A DNA stretch of 64,000 nucleotides. Origin: Octopus sinensis. Taxonomy: Eukaryota. Position 1 is the first letter of the stretch; every line of letters starts with the position of its first letter. Shown piece after piece: positions 1 through 12,705 of this stretch. The DNA is taken from positions 8,432,001-8,496,000 of the forward strand of contig NC_043016.1 of NCBI RefSeq assembly GCF_006345805.1, written 5' to 3'. The translations under genes were made by a program, and so were the position numbers. The notes beneath the pieces were generated by a model that was not told where the DNA came from, ran no database searches, and was given only the letters and a program-made list of their open reading frames with translations.

Positions 1-134
1 TCAAATGACTGTAACAAGTAAAAGAATAAAAGAAACTCGAAATATATACATATATATATATTATATATAATATATATATATTGTTGTATCATGGGTGCTT
101 AATATCTTTGCAAGTAAAGAAACACTGTTTTGAC

Positions 135-525
135 CCTGTGCTTGAGGAGACCTATTGAGTCAAGTACATCAACATCAAATATCAATGAAAATTGTAGTTG
201 TGATCCCTGTGCCGGTGGCACGTAAAATGCACCATCTGAACATGGCCAATGCCAGCACCGCCTTGACTGGCTTACGTGCCACCGGCACGTAAAAAGCACC
301 AGCCGATCGTGGCCGTTGCCAGCCTCACCTGGCACCTGTGCCGGTGGCACATAAAAAGCACCCACTACACTCACGGAGTGGTTGGCATTAGGAAGGGCAT
401 TCAGCTGTAGAAACCCTGCCAGATCAGACTGGAGCCTGGTGCAGCCTTCTGGCTTCCCAGACCCTGGTCGAACCGTCCAACCTATGCTAGCATGGAAAAC
501 GGACATTAAACGATGATGATGATGA
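135..525 (+). mobile_element. RTE-like LINE-derived non-autonomous element, 3' end with (GAT)n tail (family D)
   Basis: Internal repeats of gtgccggtggcacgtaaaaagcacc and a (gat)n tail at ~512-525; homologous copies at 43575, 58640, 61585, 63725. Confidence 0.7.
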
Positions 526-654
526 ACTGTTAGCATGCCCTGCTTGATATAATAATCAGTTGACTGATAGCTAATATTAATGTAGGCTTCTTGTGTGCCC
601 TGTTAGCCAAATATATGATGGAGTACTACCAAGTTAATAGTCAGGATTATCCAT

Positions 655-815
655 CTTTATGTTCTGAGTTCAAATTCCACTTGGGTCAACATTGCCTTTC
701 ATTCACTGGATGTTGATAAAATAAGCACCATTTTAGTACTGGGTCGATGTAAACAACCTCCTTCCATAAAATTTCAGGCCTTGTGCCTATAGTGGGAAGG
801 GTTATTATTATTATT
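655..815 (+). mobile_element. SINE family A (A2 tail), 5'-truncated, CpG-decayed
   Basis: gttctgagttcaaattcc B-box-like motif, gcctttcattc core, (att)n tail. Confidence 0.7.
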
Positions 816-1071
816 ATTATTATTATTTCACATATGCACAACAGATTAGACTGTTGGAAAAGAATTTAAAAAAACCTCTTAACATCAGGCTGAAACAAGT
901 AACCTTAGATGCCAAGAACCTTCCCAAGTATTCTAACTGTCCCTAATAACACTGTTTTCTGGAGTTGCACTAAACACGGCTTTATACCTATTTCCTCTAT
1001 CCATCTGTTCAAATCTTTAGGGATAGTCCTATAACTACAGGGTTATTATTATTATGATTATTATTATTATT

Positions 1072-1292
1072 AAGGCGGTGAGCTGGCAGAATCGTTAGCG
1101 TGCTCGATGAAATGCTTAGCGTTACTTCGTCTCTTGCTATGTTCTAAGTTCGGATTCCACTGTGGTTGACTTTGCCTTTCATTCTTTCGGGGTTGATAAA
1201 TTAAGTACCAGTTGCATACTGGGGTTGATCTAATTGACTGGCCCCCTCCTCTCAAATTTCTGGCCTTGTGCCTATAGTACAAAGGATTATTA
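1072..1292 (+). mobile_element. tRNA-headed SINE family A (A2 tail)
   Basis: aaggcggtgagctggcagaa head, B-box-like motif, gcctttcattctttcgggg core, (att)n tail. Confidence 0.8.
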
Positions 1293-1315
1293 TTATTATC
1301 ATTATTATTATTATT

Positions 1316-1537
1316 AAGGCAGTGAGCTGGCAGAATCTGCAGGCACACTGGACGAAATGCTTAGCGATATTTCGCCTGTCGCTATGTTCTGAGTTCAAAT
1401 TCCGCCGAGGTCAACTTTTGTCTTTCATCTTTTCAAAGTCGATAAATTAAGTACCAGTGAAACATTGGGGTCAAGTAATTGACTAGTCCCCGCCACCAAA
1501 TTTCAGGCCTAGTGCTTATAGTAGAAAGGATTACTAT
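1316..1537 (+). mobile_element. tRNA-headed SINE family A (A2 tail)
   Basis: Same layout as 1072-1292, directly downstream of its tail. Confidence 0.8.
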
Positions 1538-1811
1538 TATATGTGAGTGTGTGTCACTGGCTGTTTGTGATCAAATCAAGCTATTCATTTAATATTATAA
1601 AGCTGAGGTAATTACACCTGTTCATTTTTACTATCTTTGCATTGTTTACTGCTGTCTTAAACAATTCAGCATTTTCATGAAAAATAATTAGATTTTAAAC
1701 ACGGGCCATTTAATTACATCAATTAATGCATACCACAGCGATGACTGTAGTGTTTAGTGGCCAGTGTGCACCAGTCCACCCACTGACCTGATTCTCTCAA
1801 CACAGTTTGAT

Positions 1812-2205
1812 GTTACTCTTTTACTTGCTTCAGTCATTTGACTGCGGCCATACTGGAGCACCATCTTTAGTCGAGCAAATCAATCCCAGGGCTTATTCTT
1901 TGTAAGCCTAGTACTTATTCTATCGGTCCCTTTTTGCCGAACCGCTAAGTTACAGGGACGTAAACACACCAGCATCGGTTATCAAACGATGTTGGGGGGA
2001 CAAACATAGACACACAAACATATACACACACGTACATATATATATATACGATGAGCTTCTTTCAGTTTCCGTCTACCAAATCCTCTCACAAGGCTTTGGT
2101 CGGCCCGATGTTATAGTAGAAGACAATTGCCCAAGGTGCCAAATAGTGGGACTGAACCTGGAACCATGTGGTTCGTAAGCAAGCTACTTACCACACAGCC
2201 ACTCC
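1812..2205 (-). mobile_element. tRNA-headed SINE family B
   Basis: Reverse complement of tggctgtgtggtaagtagctt...cagtcaaatgactgaagcaagtaaaagag, with internal (TA/CA) tract. Confidence 0.85.
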
Positions 2206-2349
2206 TATACCATTCAGGACAAAATAGAAAAAAAAGAGCAATTCGTTATTGCGTTCAATTGTCTCGTAACAACTGAAAATTCTGATAGAGATTGTGATGT
2301 GCTAATATGTATGTGTGTGTGCACTCACCAACTACTTTTTTTTTTTTTT

Positions 2350-2615
2350 TAAAGTCTGGTACTTATTTTATCGGTCTTTTTTTGCTGAACTGGTAAGTTA
2401 TGGGGATGTCAAATGCTGATGGGGTACAAACGCAAAGATGTATACACACATAAACACACACACACGCACACACATATAAATATACATAGATATGTGACAG
2501 GCTTCATTCAGTTTCCATCTACCAAACCCACCCACAAGGCTCTGGTTAGCCTGGGGCTACAGTAGAAGACACTTGCCCCAGATGCCATATAGTGGGACTG
2601 AACTAGGAACTTCTT
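2350..2615 (-). mobile_element. SINE family B, partial
   Basis: Homology to other family B copies. Confidence 0.7.
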
Positions 2616-2849
2616 ACTATGTACCTATTTGAAGACATGTGGCCTAGTGGTTAGAGTGTTGTACCTGAAATCTCTAGATCAAGGGATCAATTTCTGGACT
2701 GGGTGGCATGTTGTTCTTTATTTCATGTTGCTCTGTAATCATTTCGACATCTTTTCTACTCTAGGCACAAAACCCAAATGTTTGTGGGGGCAGTACAAAA
2801 CCGGTTCTTAATTTATCGACCCCAGTATACAACTGGTATTTAATTTATC

Positions 2850-3082
2850 AAGGCGGCGAGCTGGCAGAAACGTTAGCACGCCGGGCGAAATGCTTAGTGG
2901 TATTTTGTCTGCCGCTATGTTCTGAGTTCAAATTCCGCCGAGGTCAACTTGGCCTTTCATCCTTTCGAGGTCGATAAATTACGTACCAGTTACGCACTGG
3001 GGTCGATGTAATCGACTTAATACCTATGTCTGTCCTAGTTTGTCCCCTCTGTGTTTAGTCCCTTGTGGGTAATAAAGAAATA
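2850..3082 (+). mobile_element. SINE family A inserted into an antisense SINE A
   Basis: Full copy ending aaagaaata; flanks ggtatttaatttatc (2835-2849) and ggtacttaatttatt (3083-3097) form an imperfect TSD inside an older minus-strand copy. Confidence 0.85.
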
Positions 3083-3237
3083 GGTACTTAATTTATTGAC
3101 CCCGAAAGGATGAAAGGCAAAGTCAACTTTGGTGGAATTTGAACTCAGAACGTAAAGGCATCTGGCATGCTTGTGCAGCATCAATTTGATGAAGGGAGTG
3201 AGTTAATGTACAGCATATACACTTGATTACTATAAAT

Positions 3238-3469
3238 ATTTCTTTATTGCCCACAAGGCGCTAAACACAGAGGGGATAAATAAGGACAGACACACGGATT
3301 AAGTCGATTACGTCGACCCCAGTGCGTAACTGGTACTTAATTTATCGACCCTGAGAGGATGAAAGGCAAAGTCAACCTCGGCAGAATTTGAACTCAGAAC
3401 GTAACGACAGACGAAATACCGCTAAGCATTTTGCCTGGCGTGCTAACGTTTCTGCCAGCTCGCCGCCTT
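3238..3469 (-). mobile_element. SINE family A, full length
   Basis: Reverse complement of the consensus; ~15-bp TSD ttgattact(a/g)taaata on both sides. Confidence 0.9.
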
Positions 3470-3486
3470 TTTGATTACTGTAAATA

Positions 3487-3586
3487 NNNNNNNNNNNNNN
3501 NNNNNNNNNNNNNNNNNNNNNNNNNNNNNNNNNNNNNNNNNNNNNNNNNNNNNNNNNNNNNNNNNNNNNNNNNNNNNNNNNNNNNN
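3487..3586. other. Assembly gap (100 N)
   Basis: Run of N. Confidence 1.
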
Positions 3587-3829
3587 CGCAGAAGGGAAAG
3601 CAGGTCAACCCCCGACACCGAGAGAGGTTGCATAGGAACGTCGGGAACAAGAAACAGGAAGAAAGATGAAAGAGAAAGTGGGAGCGAAGAGTACCACCCT
3701 CTGCCAGAGGCTCGTGGAGCTTTAGGTGTTTTCGCTCAATAAACACACACAACGACCAGTCTGGGAATCGAAACCACGATCCTCCGTCCGCGAGTCCGCT
3801 GCCCTAACCATTGGGCTATTGCGCTTCCA
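3587..3829 (-). mobile_element. tRNA-headed SINE family C (tail type iii), cut by the gap
   Basis: Head tggaagcgcaatagcccaatggttagggcagcggactcgc...ggtttcgattcccagac; tail matches 27500-27600. Confidence 0.8.
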
Positions 3830-4104
3830 CTGATGATGTTGCTGTTTCGCTTCAGGTTAATCTTCATTAAACACACCAATCTTTTACTTGTCGAGTTTCA
3901 ATCACTTGACGAGTTTAGTCAATACAAATCGATCCCAGTACATTTTTTTTAAAGCCTGGTATTTACTCTATAGTTCTCTTACCTCCGAACAGCTAAGTTA
4001 TGGGGATGTAAACAAACCAACACCGGTTGTCAAGCTATGGTGGAAAAAATAAAAGTTCACTTGCGCATGTGTGTGTGTGTACCTATATATGTATATAATA
4101 TATA

Positions 4105-4145
<41 letters not shown>

Positions 4146-4192
4146 CATATATATATATATACATACACACACACACACACACACACACCACC

Positions 4193-4245
<53 letters not shown>

Positions 4246-4431
4246 ATATATATATATATTAATAATAATAACGCGTATATAGTTAATCCTGATCGTGTTG
4301 ATTCATTGTTTTTCTCTTGTGCCTTCGTAAAAAGTGTGTTACTGTCATGGAGATTCTTATAGTAGCAAAAAGGAATTTTAAACTCCTATTTCTAAATTCG
4401 GTATATGGTGAAGCAATTAGCTGAACCCTAA

Positions 4432-4547
<116 letters not shown>

Positions 4548-4565
4548 TATATACATATATACATG

Positions 4566-5936
4566 TCTTACTATAATAGGCGTTATATCCGCCTGCCTAT
4601 CCGTCTGTTTGTCTGTTCTCTTTTCACGGTCAAACTGCCGGACCAATTGTCATGATGTTTTGGGGGATTACGAAGGAGGTAATCAGGAAAGCTTTTAGCA
4701 AAAAAAAAATGTGAAAAAGTATGATTATTTAGTGGATATTGAATTTCGTATTATTAATCGCCTTTCAGTTTTTTCTTAAAATTCCGGCGACAAGGATTAA
4801 TTCTGGATCCGTCCCCTACCCCACCTGTATAATTCGTGAACTTAGCGGGTTTAGATTTACGGTACTATCCCTTTATTTTCCATCGTTGATGGGCAGATCT
4901 GCTATCTTACTGTAATGGGCGTTATGAACGTCTGTCCGCCTCTTTGTCTGTTCCCTCTTCTCGGCCAGACGGCTGGACCAATGGTTACGATATTTTTCGG
5001 GATTACAAAGACGGTCGACAGAAAGGCTTTTAGCATTAAAAAAAAAGATCAGAAATATGATTATTTCGTGAATATCGATTTTTGAAGTGATAAACCACCT
5101 TCTCATTTTCATTAAAAGTTCACCGACCACGAGTAACTCTGGATTTCCATCGTATAGTTCGTGGTCCCATCGTAGATACGAAGAGGGCCGAGAGGACAGT
5201 TAATAGCGAAAATAAAATGGAAAAAGAAAATGCATCAGTATATAGTGTTTGTGATTATTTAGTGGTTATTAGTCTTAGTTTGATTTTTTTCAACCTTAAA
5301 GATTTCGCTCGCGCATTCACAGCAAATAAGGCACAGGGCCAGACTTTAGATCATGTAAGTGTATTTTTACCCACTCCGATGTCTACACACGGCCAGTTAT
5401 ACGTCGCTATGAGTAGAGCAACAGACTCCAGTAATTTGAAAATTAGTGTCAACCAAGCAAAAAATACCATCTACAAAGAAGTTTTGTAATCATATTGATA
5501 TTATCGAAAGGAATAGGATTCGTAATTTACATAAGGGAATTTGTGAACTTTGAAAGTATATGAGTATAAACAAGTGTAAAATAGTATAAACAACTAAAAT
5601 AAAAGTATATCTAAATAACATTTTTTTTTCTTAATACTTTTTATGTAGTGGTTGGAGGAAGCTCTGGCTTTCATTAGGAGTGGTCCACATAACCATTCAT
5701 GAGACAGAGGCTGGGAGCCTATTTCGGTTCGGGAGTGAATCATCATAACATGTCACTTAGTCGCAAACACATGCCATTAGCTGCAATAGAATGCTGTATC
5801 ACCAACAATAATGTGATTTCTCTAAGACATCACCAAGTAATCTATCAAGTCCATTTACACATTTCTCAATACATACTGCTACTATGACTTCCCTTCCTCA
5901 TTTTATGCCTCCATCGTAGATGGGTAGATTTGCTAG
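4566..5936 (+). mobile_element. Non-autonomous Helitron family B, two head-to-tail units (4566-4904, 4905-5936)
   Basis: 5' TC ends; 3' hairpin ccatcgtagatgg followed by CTAG|T at 5933-5936; homologous minus-strand copy at 11127-12513. Confidence 0.8.
5310..5489 (+). pseudogene. Helitron RepHel PIF1-type helicase C-terminal remnant
   Basis: AFTANKAQGQTLDHVSVFL...HGQLYVAMSRAT...NTIYKEVL* matches the TINKAQGQTL/HGQLYVA.SR motifs of Helitron helicases. Confidence 0.9.
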
Positions 5937-6698
5937 TATACTTAATTACGTATATATTATATACATATACACACACAAACGTACACACACACACACACAT
6001 CATACGATAGGCTTCTTTCAGTTTCCCTCTGTCAGATCCACTCGCAGTGCTTTTGCGGGCCTGAGGCTATTTTTATTTATTCATTTATCTATTTTATCTC
6101 ACAATCTGTGTCTTATAATGTTGGCGTCTGTCACTGGCTTCCATCACAAGCCAATCCCTGTTCCATGTGTTCCATCACAGGTCAATGCATGTTCCATGCT
6201 GTTGGTGAAAACCACACCAACTGTTTATCAACAGCTAAATAGATAACACACTTCAGGAAATGTGAGACACTTAATGCTTTACCAAAGCCAAAGATGCATA
6301 CGTATGTCCACGGGAGTTCGCTTATTAGCGTTTTTCATCAGTGACTTCATTCATCAGTTCACGCAACGCGATTTACAATGCCCCTAGCCTGCTATTACTG
6401 CAGTAAACAGCTGCCAAAACATCAGAGAGCAAGCCCGATATGTAACATGAATTTTGCAGGATTGTCCGTCTAGTTCTTGCGATTTAACTCTTGCGCAACT
6501 GTTTGATATGTTCGCTGCTTGGTCAGTTAAAATTGGTTTTTCGTTGCACTCTATGTATTTAACTCAGAGTTGCAGTAGACCGTTGATGAAAACATCAAAG
6601 TCCTGAGTCTCGGTCTGAACTCTCAATTCTTCATACTGTAAACTAGTGTTTGGGTCTTGTGGAAACCTGTGATTAACGCCGACGTTATTGGTAACAAA

Positions 6699-6915
6699 GG
6701 CGGCCAACTGGCAAAACCATTAGCACGCCGGGTAAAACACTCGACGGTATTTTTTCCATCTTTACGTTTTGAGGTGAAATTCTGCTGAGGCCGACTACTT
6801 TGCCATTCATCCTTTCGGGGTCGATGGAATAAGGACCAACTGAGCACTGTGGTCGATGTAATTGAATTATCTCTAACTCTCCCGAAATTGCTGACCTTGT
6901 ACTAAAATTTGAAAC
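6699..6915 (+). mobile_element. SINE family A (A2 tail), diverged
   Basis: aaggcggccaactggcaaaacc head and ccattcatcctttcggggtcgat core. Confidence 0.75.
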
Positions 6916-7559
6916 GAATATTTAAAAAACAAAAAAAAAAAAACGGAGGGACCAAAAGTGTGCGAGACGCTCATTTAAATACTGTCCGTGTGCTATAGTG
7001 GTAAAGAACACCGAATGCGTTGATTGTGAGGTGTTCAGGATCACGAAATGCCCTGATCTTCCTTAAAAGGCGGTTTTCCTCCTTTTCGATGTTGGTACAT
7101 TTGTCAGTTTATATACATCGTATTTAACGATTAGCCTTTGCACATGTTGCACAATGCCTTTGTTCCATTCCCTTTGTTTTTATTAATTCACATCTCCAAA
7201 TATTTGGTAACCCTCTGTATGAAGTAGTAGCACATGTCACGGTCCTGGCTATGGGTTAATTAGCATGTCACAGAATTGCCTCCAGAAGAAAGGTAACTCA
7301 CAGATATCCCAATGGACCCGGGACAGAAAAAGCCATTCAGCTCTTTAACTGCTCGTTCAAAAGAAGGTAACTCCATACAAGTCCTGAATCCCGATAACTA
7401 CTGAGCTGGTGTTGTTGTTCTCGCCGTTGTTGTATTCGCTGTTATTGTTTCGCTTAGCACCTAACGATCCGGAAGTACTTATACCAAAGCTCGGTTGTTC
7501 GTATTTCACCAATCTTGTGACCATCCAATAATTATTAATCAGTCCTAGATGTACCTAAG

Positions 7560-7665
7560 ATTACATTATCCAATATGTCTTACTCATTTGAAGACTGTAA
7601 AGATTGTGATTTTCAGAGAGTTTTGACTGTTGTTTCTTGCAGGTGGACGACCACGTAAGCCACCC
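7560..7665. repeat. Dispersed repeat family E (unclassified)
   Basis: Similar segments near 13650, 17570, 38700, 49790, 50170, 59270 (gctagaaacagcagccaaatctc motif). Confidence 0.5.
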
Positions 7666-8133
7666 TACCCCACTCCACCCGCTACAACTTTGGCTCGTCA
7701 AGTAACTATGTTTTTGTTTAGATTAAATTGGGGGGTGTTTTCAAGGGTGGATTAAAAAAATAATGTCAAAGCATGATACAAAGAAGGAAGCAATTTCTGG
7801 TCAATCGGGTGGGGTTTTTCTTGTGGGTTCAAGAAAATAGGCTTAGAAGGGAATTAAGAGAAACTTGTTGAACAAGTTATGCAACTATTGAATAATTAAA
7901 CACACACACACACACACACACACACATTCTGTCAATCTTTTGTTTGCACACACTTGCATAATATAATATGAGTGCGTGTATATGTGTGTGAGTGAGTGTA
8001 AGTCGGTATGTGTTTGTGAGTATGTACGTTTATGTCCGCGTATGTGTGTGTGTTTTAGCATGCAGACAAGAATTGCTAGGCGGTCTACCTCTTTTCCTAT
8101 GAGGTAGACCTTCATATTAGAAACTCGAATGAA

Positions 8134-8167
<34 letters not shown>

Positions 8168-8288
8168 CGATGACGATGACGACGACGACGACGATGACGA
8201 TGACGACGACGACGACGATGACGACGACGACGACGACGATATGATGATATGATGATATGATGATATGATGATCATGATGATGATGATG

Positions 8289-8370
<82 letters not shown>

Positions 8371-8619
8371 TGACGATGACGATGACAATGACGACGACGA
8401 CGACGATATGATGATATGATGATGATGATGAATGATGATGATGACGACCACGACCACGACCACACCACCACACCACGACGACCACGACCACGAACCAACA
8501 CGACGATGACGATGACGATGACAATGACGACGACGACGACGACGATATGATGATATGATGATATGATGATGATGATAGATGATATGATGATGATGATGAT
8601 GATGACGACGACCACGACT

Positions 8620-8666
<47 letters not shown>

Positions 8667-8843
8667 GACCACGACCACACGACCACGACCACGACGATGA
8701 CGATGACGATGACAATGACGACGACGACGACGACGATATATGATATGATGATGATGATGATGATGACGACGACCACGACTACGACCACGACCACGACCAC
8801 GACGATGACAATGACGACGACGACGATATGATGATATGATGAT

Positions 8844-8887
<44 letters not shown>

Positions 8888-8900
8888 TGATGATGATGAT
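8134..8900. repeat. Compound GAT/GAC/GACCAC trinucleotide array with higher-order units
   Basis: Blocks of (gac)n, gatatgat, (gat)n, (gaccac)n, gacaat recur about 5 times. Confidence 0.95.
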
Positions 8901-9224
8901 CGTTTAAAACAACAGTCGTGGTAGTAGTAGCAGTAGCAGTAGCCCCAACAACAACTTCAACAGCAGTAATCATAATAACGACAGCAACATCAACATCAAC
9001 AGCAAAAGTACTACTAGTCTCTTGACACTGTATGGCCATAAGGTCAACGCAAACAAGAGCGCTACAATACAATAGATAACAAAATAAACAAATAAATAAA
9101 ATAATGTACAATAAGCTGGCACCACCCGTTTTTTAATTGCACTTTTTCCGGGTATTAGATGCACGAAAGAAATGGAAAAAAAAAAAAACACTCGAAGTCA
9201 CAACTTGTAGCAACCATACCGTAA

Positions 9225-9753
9225 TCTTTATATATAAAAGTGAGGTTGTGTGCTGTCTGTCTCCTACGATTTAGATTCCTAACTACTCCCACATTTTGCG
9301 GTGCAGTTTAACCAAAACCGGGTATCTTATAGTCGTGATTCATATCGAGCCCTTCTGGGTATTAGCGCGTGTCTACGATGAGTCTACGATTTTAAAAATA
9401 ATTTAACATCATTTTTTATTCCATTTTAATGCATAATTTTTCGTGTGTCGATGGCGGCGGAGTTGGCGTCCACGGTCACACCTGCACCTGTTTGCTTCTC
9501 CCCTTCTTCCCTCCCTCGTGAAGTTGTGGGGAAGGGAGTGTAAGGAAATCAACGTCGTAAAGCGTTGTCAAGGAGACCAGCGTTCTTTTAGAACAACGAC
9601 TTCATGGCTTGAAGACACTGAGTCAACGATTTAAAAAAAAATTATCATCTTTTTTTTATTCCATTTTTAATGCATTTTTTGCTATAACTCTCTAAAAATG
9701 CTTTTATAGTTATTTCCCTTACAAACCCGAGCAACGTCGGGCGATACTGCTAG
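9225..9753 (+). mobile_element. Non-autonomous Helitron family A, long form
   Basis: A|TC start; subterminal hairpin cccgagcaacgtcggg; CTAG end. Confidence 0.9.
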
Positions 9754-10153
9754 TCTTTATATATAAAAGTGAAGTTGTGTGTCTGTCTCCTACGATTTAG
9801 ATTCCTAACTACTCCCACATTTTGCGGTGCAGTTTAACCAAAACCGGGTATCTTATAGTCGTGATTCATATCGAGCCCGTCTGGGTATTAGCGCGCGTCT
9901 ACGATGAGTCTACGATTTTAAAAATAATTTACCATCATTTTTTTCCATTTTAATGCATTTTTTTTGTTATTATATAAGGGAAGTAATTCTCTAAAATGTC
10001 TACGATGAGTCAACGATTTTAAAAAAAATTTACCATCATTTTTTTTCCCATTTTTAATGCATTTGTTTTGCTATTTTTTGGCTATAACTCTCTAAAAATG
10101 CTTATATAGTTATTTCCCTTACAAACCCGAGAAACGCCGGGCGATACTGCTAG
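9754..10153 (+). mobile_element. Non-autonomous Helitron family A, short form, fused head-to-tail
   Basis: Begins with TC immediately after the previous CTAG; ends CTAG|T. Confidence 0.9.
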
Positions 10154-10487
10154 TTATAATATAAATTATAAATTCCTGTTTTGTCTTCTCTTTACATGTT
10201 TTTTCTCTTCTTGAAGGTAAAATAAACATCACAGAAATGTCACACATATTCGGTAATTAAAATACAACAAATTTTGAAAGTTTATAATTAGTTTATCTAT
10301 AAACCACTTCAGCAACAAGTATATTCGTTGTACCAGATATTGTGTTCTCTGCGAGAAATATTACACCGGCAACGAAATAACTGACATCTTTAAATAAGAA
10401 AACAGAATTTATCAATAAATGCAGGTACGAAAATAAATACTATCTCGCTGATTTTAATTGATCTATTGGACTCAGCGGAAAGTGTAA

Positions 10488-10797
10488 CCTCTCGAAAGAG
10501 CTGTTCTTCACTCCTGCTCCAGAGCGTCGGCTGCGGGGTCATTCCGAAAAGCTCTACCTGCGACGATTTCATCTCAATCGAAGGAGAGGAGCTTTCTCCG
10601 TCCGGGTTGCGGATCCGTGGAACAAGCTGCCAGACGAGATGGTGAAGATGCCGACGACCGCTTTGTTCAAAGCCTCCCTGGACCTCAAGTGGCCTGAACT
10701 CTTTACATGAACACCACCCTTTACTTAACTCTATGTCCCTCTACATGGCCTTGCTATTTGCTTTTGAGCCAAATTAACTAACTAACTAACTAACTAA
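10488..10797 (+). mobile_element. CR1/L2-type LINE 3' end
   Basis: SKELFFTPAPERRLRGHSEKL...AFSVRVADPWNKLPDEMV...FKASLD* (RGH and F..RV...WN.LP motifs); (TAAC)n tail. Confidence 0.85.
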
Positions 10798-11023
10798 ACA
10801 CTTCCAAACGAGAAGTCTATTACAAGGACACTATATGAACGACAACAAAATGAGTCCCCATAAATCAATAATCACCCCACCAGATAAGCTGACATGTTGA
10901 CTAGTGTGTGTATTTGTGTGTGGTGGTATAATTTCAATTTATAACATTCTAGCAATTACAGTTATAACTGTCATGGTTTCAGCTATACTGGAACACTGCC
11001 AGTTACAATGTGTGTGTGTGTGT

Positions 11024-11060
<37 letters not shown>

Positions 11061-11126
11061 TGTGAGCGTGCATTTGTATGTGTATGTATACATGTATGTA
11101 ATAATGTGCTTGTTGTGTTATCTAAA

Positions 11127-12513
11127 CTAGCCAATCTACCCATCTACGATGGAGGCATAACACGAGGAAGGGAAGTCGTAACAGCGGTATGCATTGAAAA
11201 ATACATAAATGGATTTTAATATCAAATATGATTACAAAACGTCTTTGTAGACGATATTTTGTGTGTGGTCGACACTAATTATCAAATTACTGGAGTCCGT
11301 TGCTCTACTCATAGCAACGTATTAAAAAAAATCAGACTGGGTAGTAAAAATATACCTATACGATCTAAAGTCTGGACCTGTGTCATGTTTGCTGTGAATG
11401 AGAAATGCCAGTTTTATAGGAAACTGCAGTTGTCTTGATTTTCGGCGAACTAAAGTATTCTATGTCTGTTCCGAAGCTCTCGAAGATTATTGCGTGTTAC
11501 TTGACGAGTTCAAGTGTTCCTGCTCTCTTCCGAAGCCCTCACTTGAGAATTTCTCCGTGATATTTGGCGAGATAGCGTATCCCTGCTCTGTTCCAACACC
11601 CTCACTTCTGTATCAATGCGAATTCTATGACCTTCTGTATCCTTATTCTGTTGGGTTTGTCTGTTTTCAATGTTAGATTGTCTCTTTTTTTTTTTTATAG
11701 CGACAGCTTTCCTGGTAGTCCTACCAATTCCTGATTTCCGTTTCCAGGTCATAATGGCGTGGAACAAAGGAAAATTATTTTGTTTTTTTGTTTGTTCCTT
11801 CTCGAGCCATGCCTGGCTCATAAGGGCCGGTTTCCCGGTTTCCTTGGCGTATAGGTTCCCCACCTGGACGGTACGCCGGTCCGTCGCAGGTGAGCTGCAA
11901 GATGCTGGAGGAAAGAGTGAGAGAGAGTTGTGGCGAAAGAGTCAGCAGAAGTTTCACCATTACCTTCTGCCGGAGCCGCGTGGAGCTTAGGTGTTTTCGC
12001 TCATCACGCATCGCCCGGTCTGAGATTCGAACCCGCGATCCCTCAACCGCGAGTCCGCTGCTCTAACCACTAGGCCATGTGCCTCCACAAAGGAAAATTT
12101 AGTAAAGCATTACACAGCTTTATGCATACAATCGTTATTGACGAAGTTCATAGTAGCTATACACCGATTAAAGATGAGCCAAAGCCATCACAATCATTCG
12201 TTAATAAAGCTATCCTAAAACTTTCTTATAAGGCGTAATTCAGCGGAGAAGTAAGTTGATTAACTTCCCTTTGCTTCTTTTATTAGTAGTTGTCTCCCCT
12301 TATTTATCTATTTTTCTTGGACCCCCGTAAACTGAACAATTACCCTCAATAGCCACTAAATAATCATACTTTTTCAAATTTTTTTCGCTAAAAACCTGTC
12401 TGATTACCTCCTTGGTAATCCCGAAAAACATCGTGATCATTGGTCCAGCCATTTCACTGTGAAGAGCGTACAGCCAGACAGACAGACAAACGGACAGAAC
12501 GTTTATAGTATAA
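11127..12513 (-). mobile_element. Helitron family B, internally deleted, with RepHel N- and C-terminal remnants
   Basis: 3' hairpin and CTAG at 11127-11130; minus-strand QTLDRIGIFL and AMSRATDSSNL remnants; 5' end homologous to 4566-4760. Confidence 0.8.
11777..12086 (-). mobile_element. SINE family C (tail type ii)
   Basis: tRNA-like head; 13-bp TSD acaaaggaaaatt at 11764-11776 and 12087-12099. Confidence 0.9.
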
Positions 12514-12614
12514 CTGTATGCCACAACAAATTAAACAATAACTCAATGCCTTTAGACGAGTAAATATTTCATATACTGAGCTATAGTTTCGTCTTACAAC
12601 ATTCCATTACTCAC

Positions 12615-12705
12615 TTAACAATCCTCCTTTCTTTGGACAATCTTCACGTGGGCTGGCTGGTGAACCGGATACCTCTTGAGGTTTGTTTTTTTTAGCACAT
12701 TTCAT
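12615..12705 (-). CDS. Candidate first coding exon (exon 12615-12798), MKCAKKNKPQEVSGSPASPREDCPKKGGLL, phase-1 donor
   Basis: Acceptor ttttatgttctttctag at 12799-12800; donor AA|GTGAGT; ATG at 12705 in frame to the donor; protein not recognised. Confidence 0.35.

Noticed and set aside
8112-8800. Long ORFs (188, 135, 147 aa) in several frames
   Set aside because: Products of the trinucleotide array; no domain or splice support
12100-12235. TIVIDEVH, resembling a DExH helicase motif II
   Set aside because: Antisense to an internal part of Helitron B, with no other helicase motifs and a nearby stop
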